From positions 248,001-312,000 of the forward strand of contig JAANOX010000258.1 of assembly GCA_020184695.1 (NCBI GenBank): a stretch of DNA of 64,000 nt. Reading direction: 5' to 3'. The notes under the pieces are model-generated. The model had not been told where the DNA came from. It was given only the letters and a program-made list of their open reading frames with translations, and did not search any database. Below, in pieces: positions 33,556-43,036 of the stretch (positions within the stretch are counted from its first letter, which is position 1; the number at the start of each line of letters is the position of its first letter). Made by a program: the position numbers and the translations under genes. The DNA comes from Histomonas meleagridis 2922-C6/04-290x (Eukaryota; Protista; Parabasalia).

Positions 33556-34662
33556 TCAAATCGTCAAGTCTGCGCAAACAGACATTGATCTGCTCATAGT
33601 TTTTGGCTTATCTCTTGTCTCGTCGTTGTTATCCGGCAAGTACAAGTTCGGCCGTGACGCAGTTCGCACCATTCTCCTCAGCCCGATTCCGTCATTCGGC
33701 AGCGACATTATCGCGCGCGGTAATGTGTCGACATCGGAGTCCTCATCCAAACTATAGAACGATATTTCGCGCTCGTCTTTGAACGTGATCACTCCGCACT
33801 TGTTCTGGATCGTTTGGCAGTAATTGCTGCACGAGAACAATGTGATCCCTTGGAAGTTATCAAACGCTCGGAACCCATAAAGTGTACACTGGTGCGCGCG
33901 AATTAATAACTTCAAGTTGTTCGTCTTAAGAAAATTTTCAACGGCATCGGCACCAAAGATTTGCCCGGAGCCTCGGCGATTTAAAAGAAATCCTTTGACA
34001 CTGTCAACTGGATCAGACCAAACTAAATCGGAGATCATCGAATTTTGAAAATAATTCGGGATCGGAAGCTGAAGCTCACGAAGCTGTTGGACGTCTTGGA
34101 GAAGGGGAGAAAGACCACCGTGAACACAAAAAACAGAATTTTGGACAATAGAAGCAAGTGGAAGCCAATTAAATACTTGTTGAAATTGGGTCCAAAGTTC
34201 TTCACTATTATACTTTTGGTTGATCTCTTGATGGAAGCCATAGACATGGTTGATGTGAGAAAATTCATGATTTCCTCGGATTAAAAAGATATGTTGAGGA
34301 TATAAACACATAAAAGATAATATAATGCTGATGACATTGAGAGACTCTGGACCACGATCAACAAAATCACCAAGAAATAAATATTTGGTTTGTGGGGGAA
34401 TTTCAAAGATACGAAGAATCTTCAATAAGTCAATTAAACTCCCATGGAGATCACCAACTATTGTAACAGGAGCTGGGATTTCAGATAGACAGCTGTTGTT
34501 TTTCATTACTTCAATGGATTGTAAACAAAGTTGATTGAGGAGATTAATATCAAAAACAGGGAATTTTTCAAATTGCAGATCAGGTTCAAAACCTTCAAAT
34601 TCAGGATCAATATATTTCTTAAATGGTTCAAGGATTTGGGAAGGCACGTCCTTTGTTTCCAT
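33556..34662 (-). CDS. Ser/Thr protein phosphatase (PPP family, PP1-like)
   Basis: GDLHG, GDFVDRG, RGNHE, HGGLSP, DLVWSDP and RAHQ. Confidence 0.93.
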   Translation of the reverse strand: METKDVPSQILEPFKKYIDPEFEGFEPDLQFEKFPVFDINLLNQLCLQSIEVMKNNSCLSEIPAPVTIVGDLHGSLIDLLKILRIFEIPPQTKYLFLGDFVDRGPESLNVISIILSFMCLYPQHIFLIRGNHEFSHINHVYGFHQEINQKYNSEELWTQFQQVFNWLPLASIVQNSVFCVHGGLSPLLQDVQQLRELQLPIPNYFQNSMISDLVWSDPVDSVKGFLLNRRGSGQIFGADAVENFLKTNNLKLLIRAHQCTLYGFRAFDNFQGITLFSCSNYCQTIQNKCGVITFKDEREISFYSLDEDSDVDTLPRAIMSLPNDGIGLRRMVRTASRPNLYLPDNNDETRDKPKTMSRSMSVCADLTI

Positions 34663-35680
34663 ATGGAAATAATCCGTGCTGGTGAAGTAAACTTATCAAT
34701 TTTGAATAAAACGTAAATTTGTTCTTTCAATTTTGTGAGTAAAAGGTTAAAATAAAACAAATGGAAATATCATATCTAAAGAGAAAAAAGAAATTAGGAA
34801 GCAAGCAAAACATAAACAAAGATTAGCATATAAAGGTTTATTGTTAGTCAATGAAAAATTATCAATTGATGATATAATTACAAATATTTCAAAGTTAAAA
34901 TTTCATTATATGTTTCTTTTTAAAGTCGATAAGACTGTAAAAGGTCAAAGATTGTGTTAATACTGTAATTTACTCTTGAAATTGGGTTTGCAGCGCGCGG
35001 GATTTCAAAAATAACCGTAAACGAAACACAAGAAAAATCGACTTTTTGAAAATGACTGGCGGTTTAATAATACTTACAAACCCATGGGGAAGCGACCGTT
35101 AATCGATTTTTCTTGCAAGAATTTTCAATAGTTTATTGCCAGTATTATAAAACTTTTTAATGGTTGTTTCAAGTGAAATAACGGCTGGACAAATTGAATT
35201 TTCATTATTGAAAAAGTTACTTCCATCTTTTCTTGGGTATTTTTTGGTTTTTTAGACAAAATCATTTATTTAAAGCCAACTTTGGTTATGCATGTGCTAA
35301 TTGACACTGCTAAATTAATAACAATCAAATATTTTCTTCATTGCATCATCATATTACCAATAAATTTAAAGTTAAATTTCAACTTATTCTTTCCATATAA
35401 TTTTTTAATTGATCTGTTGACTAAAATTGATACTATTATCAATAGGATTTTAAATTTTTTTTATATAGTTCCAATTTCAACTTCTAATCAAAATAACATA
35501 TTCTTTTTTTCTTTTGTTTCATATTATTCTGTCATTCCTAGTTTTTTATTTAGAAATTCAAAATCTTGTATTTCTACTTGCTTATTGTTTTTAGTGTTTT
35601 CATTATTGTTTATTAAAAGAAGATATTTTGCAAACAAAATCAAGGTTGCTTTTCAAATAAATGAGAAAACAAACATAAAA

Positions 35681-37348
35681 ATTATATTTATAATATTTAT
35701 TTTCTTATTTTCTCATTCAACACAAAAATTTGATAAACGAACAGAAACATTAACCATAATGGATTCAAATGATTTTTCAAATGAATATAAAAACCAAACA
35801 AAACATGTTTTCGTTACAAATAAAATATCTCAAATTCCTCCATGTACTTTTTCTAGATGGACATTATTAGTTACTGTTGAAATTGGTAACTCAGTAACTT
35901 TTATTGGATCAAATGCATTTTCATACTGTACTTCATTACAAATTCTCAAGATTAAAAGTCCTCTTACAAAAATTGGATCAAATGTATTTCTAGAATGTAC
36001 TATTCTTGAATCTGTATTTTTATATGATGGTATTCAAACAATTGGACCTATTATGTTTCAGAATTGTTATAGTCTTCAAAATATTACAATCCCAAGTACA
36101 GTTTCTTCAATTTTATATAATCCATTTCTTACTTGTAATAGTCTTCAATTCATAAAAATCCCAAAAGAAAATGCATGTTTTTCTAATTTTAATGATGATG
36201 GAGTTTTATATGATAAAATTTTCACTAAAATTATTTGTTATCCAATCGGAAATGCATCTAAAACATTCAAAATTCCTGATTCGGTAGTTTCAATTGAACC
36301 TTATGCATTTTCTTCAGCAACTAATTTGCTATCAATTTCTTTTGGTTGTGTAAATATAATAAAAAGTTCAGCATTTTATGGATGTTCATTTAAAAGTATT
36401 ACAATTCCAAACTCAGTTATTGTTATTCAATCAAGTGCTTTTTATTTATGTAAAAATTTAGAGAAAATTATCATCGGAGAAAATGTGAAATATATTCATC
36501 ATCTTTCATTCTCTGAATGTATTTCACTTAAATATATTTATTTTTATGGCGAAACTTCTCCATATTTCGAAAAAAATTGTTTTCGTAATATTTTAGCAAC
36601 TACTGTTATGGTAAATGAAAATTATCAAAGTGACAAATTTGGAGATTTAAATGTATCAAAAGGAAAAATAATAGATGAAAGTATTCTTCCAACACAAGCA
36701 TATACTGAATCAAATACAAATACTAAAAAATATACAATTACCAAAAAAAACACAATTACTAAAAAATATACAATTACCAAAAAAAATACATTTACTAAAT
36801 CATATACTTTTTTATATTCATTTTCGAATTCAAAAACATCATCTAAAATAAACATATTTACTATCTCAGTTATAATTTTGTCCAGTTCATATTTAACACA
36901 TTCTTTTATTTTGACTAATATTTTATCTATTACGAAGTCAATTTCATTATATAATCCACATAGAATAAGTTCATTTATTATCCATAATATTAATCCCTCA
37001 TTTTCTTTCTCTATTACTGAATTTATTACTTATGAATATATTGAAGTTGTTTATTCGACTTATTATGAAATTTATACTGATTTGTTGACATTATTAAATG
37101 ATGATGAACCTTATGACATTATGTATGATAAAATGACAACAAAAGAGGTTACTAGTGTTGTATGTTGTTCATTTGTTATAATTTTCTTAATTATCGGAAT
37201 TATAGTTTTTGTAATCAGAAGAAGTAATCAAACCCCTCAAAAATCATCAAAAAATGTATCAGTGAATAATGAAACAAATGAACAAATAGAAATCATTGAT
37301 AAAGAATTCAAAAATTATGCATTAAATGAAGCTGATAAATGGATTTAA
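35681..37348 (+). CDS. BspA-like LRR surface protein with stalk and TM helix; start codon ambiguous
   Basis: TpLRR repeats, a TKKYTI/TKKNTI 18-nt repeat at about 36718-36800, and TM 'VVCCSFVIIFLIIGIIVFVI'. The signal peptide begins at ATT 35681, and the frame is open back to 35282. Confidence 0.8.
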   Translation: MIFIIFIFLFSHSTQKFDKRTETLTIMDSNDFSNEYKNQTKHVFVTNKISQIPPCTFSRWTLLVTVEIGNSVTFIGSNAFSYCTSLQILKIKSPLTKIGSNVFLECTILESVFLYDGIQTIGPIMFQNCYSLQNITIPSTVSSILYNPFLTCNSLQFIKIPKENACFSNFNDDGVLYDKIFTKIICYPIGNASKTFKIPDSVVSIEPYAFSSATNLLSISFGCVNIIKSSAFYGCSFKSITIPNSVIVIQSSAFYLCKNLEKIIIGENVKYIHHLSFSECISLKYIYFYGETSPYFEKNCFRNILATTVMVNENYQSDKFGDLNVSKGKIIDESILPTQAYTESNTNTKKYTITKKNTITKKYTITKKNTFTKSYTFLYSFSNSKTSSKINIFTISVIILSSSYLTHSFILTNILSITKSISLYNPHRISSFIIHNINPSFSFSITEFITYEYIEVVYSTYYEIYTDLLTLLNDDEPYDIMYDKMTTKEVTSVVCCSFVIIFLIIGIIVFVIRRSNQTPQKSSKNVSVNNETNEQIEIIDKEFKNYALNEADKWI

Positions 37349-37798
37349 ATATGTTAAAATAGTGGAAAATTCCATCTAAACTATAATATAGTGAATACAA
37401 TACCTTATGCAAATTTTCCTTTTTTTATAAAATTGTTCTTCTGCAAACATACATAATGTTAGTACTATATTTCTTTTAGTAAAATATAGAAAACATATTT
37501 TTCAATGATCTTTTTATAAGAAAAAAACTTAATGAATGGTTCATTCTAAGACAAAAAACCATAAATTAACATTTTTATTCCATAAGATATTTTTATATTC
37601 CATCCTATTTGTTTTGGATAGGAGGTCCCAACTTATGAAATTAGTTTTTGGGGAGAAAATAAAAAAAATTAAAATATTTTCTATATTTTCCACTTAATCC
37701 CAAATACTTTTATAAGGTAAATTAATTTCCTTTCTGTTGAATATTAATAAAACTTAAAATTCGTTTTGCAATCCAGTGACCGTTAATTATACGTTAGA

Positions 37799-38626
37799 AT
37801 GCTTGCGCAAGAGCAAAAAACAGCATCAATTGATGGGAAAAAAATATGTCAATTTCTTCTTGATCTTAATAACAAAGGACTTACTACCATTCAGTGTGAT
37901 GATTCTATGAAAGATATTAGGTCAATTATTTTTTCAAAAAATAAAATTACATCACTTGACTTTTTAGTTTTCTACCCAAGTTTAATAGAAGTTGATGCTT
38001 CTGAAAATCAAATCACGGATGAACTTGAAATTTTTGGAAAACTTCAATTCCTCACATATTTAAATTTATCATCAAACATAGTTGAAACAGTCGAGAAATT
38101 TCCTCTTTGTGAGTCGCTTGTTTCTCTTGATTTATCAAAAAATCACATTAAATCATTAACATCATTTCCCACACTTCCTCTTCTTAGAAATCTCAATTTA
38201 TCACAAAACGAAATAACAGATTTAAAGCTTCCATCATTTCCAATGCTTCAACATTTAAAAATTTCAAACAATTCATTATCATATTTATCATTGCCAAAAC
38301 TTCCTTCTTTAAGAACTCTTGATGCATCTAACAATTCCATTACATCCATAGAATCATTTGATGAAGATTCACTTCCATTTGTTTGGTTTTGTGATTTAAG
38401 AAATAATTTAATTTCTTCATCAGAAACATTTACATCATTAGCAAAACTTCCAACGCTATTTAATATCATGATTGATGGAAATCCTGTTGTCAAAGATGAG
38501 AACGAATGTATTGAATCTGTTATCGTTATTCTTCCAAACCTTGTTTTAATTGATGAAAAAGAGATAAGTGCAAAAGACAAGGTGAGATCAAAGCTTAAAA
38601 TCACGAAAACCACAAAAAATCAATAA
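37799..38626 (+). CDS. SDS22-type leucine-rich repeat protein
   Basis: LxxLxLSxNxI repeats and the LRRcap-like 'GNPVVK...VIVILPNLVLIDEKEI'. Confidence 0.85.
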   Translation: MLAQEQKTASIDGKKICQFLLDLNNKGLTTIQCDDSMKDIRSIIFSKNKITSLDFLVFYPSLIEVDASENQITDELEIFGKLQFLTYLNLSSNIVETVEKFPLCESLVSLDLSKNHIKSLTSFPTLPLLRNLNLSQNEITDLKLPSFPMLQHLKISNNSLSYLSLPKLPSLRTLDASNNSITSIESFDEDSLPFVWFCDLRNNLISSSETFTSLAKLPTLFNIMIDGNPVVKDENECIESVIVILPNLVLIDEKEISAKDKVRSKLKITKTTKNQ

Positions 38627-38869
38627 ATGTTGTGTTTTATAATATGATTTTGTGTATTTAAATATGTTAAAGCATTATTTATCAATGAGAACAAATTCAA
38701 ATTTGAAAATATTTTGATAAAAACGAACAGGTCGTGAATATGAGTCACATGTAATTGATTAACTTTATCATCACATCTGCAAGCACGATCGTGAAAGGGC
38801 TTTCATAAACCCATTTTTAAAAATTGTGTTTTTTATTTTATTTTATTTTGTGTTCTATTTCATTTGAAT

Positions 38870-39480
38870 TTACAATAATTATAAAAAAGTTTCTTATGCT
38901 TATATTTAAGTATCATTTTGATTTTATGGTTAATAAAATGATAACTAATATTTGAAAAAGTGTTTCTAAAGATAGGACACTATTGTTTTAAATAATATAA
39001 ATAAATTCAAAATATTATTTTAGAATAATATATAAATTTCTAAATAAAACAAAATATCATTTACATTAATATCAATTCCTTCATGTTCAAGTATAAATTT
39101 AACTTCAATATTTTCTGATTTATACGAGAATATTAAGATATCTTTCGGTATTTAATTATTATGGAAAATTATTAAATAAGATATATAAATTCCTGATTTT
39201 TGCTGACATATTGAAAATATATTTGTTATTTTGTTTTAATATATTTTCATAATTCCCACATATGATACAAAAACATTCAAATTGTTTCATCCATATTTCG
39301 AATTTCTTTTCATAAAGTTATTCAAAGACTTCATGAGAATTTATTAATGATGAATGATTTAGTTCACACAAACAAATGAATTCTTCATTTCACCTGCAAC
39401 TTCATATTTAAGTGTGTTAATCTGCACTATTCATAAGTAAATATTTAAAACATTTAACAAAAAAAAAGTTATATAATCAA
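38870..39480 (-). pseudogene. Heavily decayed DUF3447-ankyrin locus 4 retaining one spacer
   Basis: Fragments 'IDY....VKCFKYLLMNS' and 'EGIDINVND' + ATTTTG...TTGAATTT...TTT AAA ACA; many stops. Confidence 0.65.
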
Positions 39481-39794
39481 TTCGTGTGACACGAATTTTG
39501 TATACTAAAAATACCTTGCTCAAGTGTATTATTTGACAATGCCCACTAAAGATATTAAAACAAAAAATGAAGAAATATGATTATACATTTTTTTTATTGG
39601 GATTTCAAACTGCCGTTAATTCAATAGTAAAACCGATTTATTTTTGAATGTTTCAGTTGACACAGATAATTTCCAAGAAAATTGACACAAAAAAGCGAAA
39701 CAGCTGTTCAATATTTGTATGAAAAATTGAATGAATTCAATGAATTAAAATTTCATTTATGTAACGCATTGAAATTTTGGGGCAAAATGAAGTG

Positions 39795-40958
39795 ATGAAC
39801 GACCGTTATGACACAAATCAAAAATTTTCTTGGATGCACAAATTTGAAGACTCTCCATTATTTAACAAGCTTCCAGACAACGAAATAGAATGCCTTTGTT
39901 GCCAACACAAATGTGTTATCCCTCCAGGTAAACTTGGTCATTGTAGAGTTCGAGGTAATCTTGATGGAAAACCATATTCACCAATATGGGGTTGTTATAT
40001 CACATCAATTGACCCCATTGAAAAGAACCCACATTATCACTTTCTTCCTGGAAGCAAAGTTTATTCATATGGAACTGTTGGATGTAACTTTAGCTGTCAA
40101 TTCTGTCAAAACCCGGGTTTAAGCATGTGGGATTTAGATATAGAAGATATAAAATGCATCCACAAAACAGATTTTATCGATCTTGATCAATATACCCCCG
40201 AAGAAATTGTTGAAAATGCAATTAAATTTGGGTGCAAATCCATTACATCGACATATAATGAACCAGCAGTCTCAACAGAATTTTCATATGAAGTATTTAA
40301 ATTAGCAAAATCTAAAGGATTATATACAATATATGTTTCTAATGGATTCGAAAGTATCGAAACATTAAATTATATTGGGCCATATATGGATGTCATAAAT
40401 ATCGACCTCAAATCATTTAATACATCATTTTATAAAAAGATATGTGGAGCAGATCTTAACGGCGTATGCAAAACAATAAAACGCTGTATAGCCATGGGAA
40501 TTCATACAGAAATTACAACACTTGTAATCCCGGGTGTAAATGATAGTGATGAAGAACTTCGAAAATGTGCTGAATTTATTGCTTCGATTGATGAAAACAT
40601 TGTTTGGCATCTTTCCGCTTATCACGATGACTATAAATTCCAAAATCATGGGATCACTCCATTGGAAACATTAGAAAAAGGCGTTAAAATTGGACATGAT
40701 TCGGGTCTTAAGTATGTCTACATTATAAACGTGGATAACCCTGATATTAAAGTGACGAAATGTCCAAATTGTGGAAAAATTTTGATTGAACGTGATTGGT
40801 TTTCGGCTAAATTCCATATGAAAAATGGTAAGTGTGATTGCGGTGAGGTTATTCCTGGGTTGTTTGAAGATGCTAGTAATTTATATCAGAAATTGACCGC
40901 TGTTCCAGCAGCTTTGTTCGACTCAAACATGAAACAGATTGAATTGAAAACCGCTTAA
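39795..40958 (+). CDS. Radical SAM enzyme, AmmeMemoRadiSam/PflA-like (prokaryote-type)
   Basis: C..CQHKC...G..G.CRVR, DPIEK.P.YHF.PGS, CNFSCQFCQN (CxxxCxxC), TYNEP, YVSNG, and a C-terminal CPNCG..LIER. Confidence 0.9.
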   Translation: MNDRYDTNQKFSWMHKFEDSPLFNKLPDNEIECLCCQHKCVIPPGKLGHCRVRGNLDGKPYSPIWGCYITSIDPIEKNPHYHFLPGSKVYSYGTVGCNFSCQFCQNPGLSMWDLDIEDIKCIHKTDFIDLDQYTPEEIVENAIKFGCKSITSTYNEPAVSTEFSYEVFKLAKSKGLYTIYVSNGFESIETLNYIGPYMDVINIDLKSFNTSFYKKICGADLNGVCKTIKRCIAMGIHTEITTLVIPGVNDSDEELRKCAEFIASIDENIVWHLSAYHDDYKFQNHGITPLETLEKGVKIGHDSGLKYVYIINVDNPDIKVTKCPNCGKILIERDWFSAKFHMKNGKCDCGEVIPGLFEDASNLYQKLTAVPAALFDSNMKQIELKTA

Positions 40959-41484
40959 ATTGGCACTTTTATGTAAACCAAAAATGTAAAACGTGCTTTA
41001 TGTTTTATGAGACAAATTTCAACAAAATTGCAAATTTATGTACAAAGGATGCAGACAATGTATTAGTTGATGGAGAGAAACAAGGAAAAGCAAATGTAAA
41101 TTGTTTGTAAGTAAATGTATTTAATATGATTTTAGTTGGTTGCAATGATATACATATTAGTTTGTTAATTTTTAATGTTTTGATTTTGAACAATGCCAAT
41201 AAGAACTATCACTCCAGGAAATTCAAAATCATTTTTATTCTCTGTCCTCATGGGAAATTTTAGATTTTATGATTAAGAGAGAATAATTTTCCCTCCCTTA
41301 TATATATGATAATATATAAACTTCAAACATATGATAAACTCTTGGAATATTTTATTATGTTTTGAACAGACAATATTAAATATTGATTAATCTTTTCAAT
41401 AAAGACAAATCCTAAAGAAACATTTTATTAAAACCAAAGAGTATAATAAAATTTATAAAATCAATTCTTTTAAATTATTAAATA

Positions 41485-42081
41485 ATGAAAGAAACACTCC
41501 AATTTAAAATCATTATCATTGGCGCAAGCGGTGGTGGTAAGACTTCCATTCTTAAGATGCTTTCTGATGGAAAGTTTTATCCTGAAACGCAAAGCACCAT
41601 TGGAATTGATTATTATATTTACAATACCACAATAGAGAGTCACCCGGTAAGAATGATGCTTTGGGATACAGCAGGTCAAGAAAGATTTTATACCATTGTT
41701 AAATCATATTATCGAGCTGCTGTTGGGTGCGTATTAGTTTTTGATATTACGGATAGAAACTCATTCGAACAATTACCAAAGTGGTTGAAAGATGCGTCTA
41801 TTGAAGTTGATCCACATTGTTCATTTATTCTTGTTGGGAACAAGATTGATCTTGTTGCAGATAGAGCTGTTTCTTTACATGAAGCAGAGGAGTTTGCTAA
41901 CACACATAATCTTATGTATATGGAAACATCTGCTCTTGAGAATACAAAAATTTCTGAGTTATTCATCAAACTTGGAACTGATACTCTTCACAAATATCTT
42001 CAAGGTGAAATCACCTCATTGACAACGGGAAAGGAAATGTATTTGCAAGACAAAGAAGAAGAAACGAATAGTTGTTGTTAA
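41485..42081 (+). CDS. Rab GTPase (Rab2/4/14-like, divergent)
   Basis: GASGGGKTS, QSTIGIDY, WDTAGQERF, GNKID, ETSAL and a CC terminus. Confidence 0.9.
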   Translation: MKETLQFKIIIIGASGGGKTSILKMLSDGKFYPETQSTIGIDYYIYNTTIESHPVRMMLWDTAGQERFYTIVKSYYRAAVGCVLVFDITDRNSFEQLPKWLKDASIEVDPHCSFILVGNKIDLVADRAVSLHEAEEFANTHNLMYMETSALENTKISELFIKLGTDTLHKYLQGEITSLTTGKEMYLQDKEEETNSCC

Positions 42082-42337
42082 AAATGAGTTTTGAGACTTA
42101 GATGATGAAAGTTCAATTTTTAGCAACTTTCCTACATTGTACAAACAGTTTTTTAACCCTTTTTAGACAATTCAAAATTTAAAACAAACCGTTCTATTTC
42201 TACAGTTTATAAAAAATAAAACATGGAAACCACCACTTTTTGAAAGTCAAATTTTGCCAGACATAGCCATAACACCTTCAAATTAATTGTATAAATTCAC
42301 ACGCTCAGTTAAAAAAATCTCTAGACACCCATAAACA

Positions 42338-42922
42338 ATGGTAAAAATATCTGAAGCCAAAATTGTATTTATTGGAATGTCTGGCGTTGGTAAAACTAGC
42401 ATAATCGCACGTATTTCTTCAGGGACTTTTAATCCAAATCATGATCCAACTATTGGTGCTTCTTATACTTCAAAAGTAATTGAAAAAGAGCAAGGTATAA
42501 TTACTCTTCGTATATGGGATACAGCAGGACAAGAACGATTTCGGTCATTAGCACCAATGTATTATCAAGGCTCACAAGCCTGTTTAATTGTTTTTGCCTT
42601 AAATTCAAGAGAATCATTTAACGAAGCACAAGCTTGGTACGAAGAAGTTAAAAAAAGTGTTGATGATCAATATCTTTTTTATTTACTAGGAAACAAGTCT
42701 GATCTTCCTGAACGAACAATATCAATTGAAGAAGCTGTGGCAAAAGCAGATAGTATGAGTGCTTTGTATTTTGAAGTAAGTGCACGTAATGGACAAAATA
42801 TTAAAGAAGTTATAGAGGATATTGCATCTAAACTATTAGCTAGAGATACATCGACTGATAACAATGATTGTACCCCTGTTCTTCAAGATGAAAATGGCAG
42901 AGACAAAAAATGTGGTTGTTAA
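42338..42922 (+). CDS. Rab GTPase (Rab5/21-like)
   Basis: GMSGVGKTS, PTIGASY, WDTAGQERFRSLAPMYY, GNKSD and CGC. Confidence 0.9.
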   Translation: MVKISEAKIVFIGMSGVGKTSIIARISSGTFNPNHDPTIGASYTSKVIEKEQGIITLRIWDTAGQERFRSLAPMYYQGSQACLIVFALNSRESFNEAQAWYEEVKKSVDDQYLFYLLGNKSDLPERTISIEEAVAKADSMSALYFEVSARNGQNIKEVIEDIASKLLARDTSTDNNDCTPVLQDENGRDKKCGC

Positions 42923-43036
42923 AAAAGGTGTTTCAATTTTTTATTCTTTTTTTTTTGTCCGTTCTCAATTTCTGCAACTTTTGATAACAATTTTGAATCA
43001 AAAACGATGCCAAAAGTTAGTAAGGAATAGAATCTC

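Noticed and set aside
35282-35680. Long N-terminal extension of the second BspA as true coding sequence
   Set aside because: The sequence is T-rich with F/I/L low complexity and no motif; the signal peptide begins at about 35681.
38720-38815. Possible small ncRNA (GC-richer patch with gcacgatcgtg palindrome)
   Set aside because: No recognisable snRNA, snoRNA or tRNA boxes; an Infernal/Rfam search would be needed.
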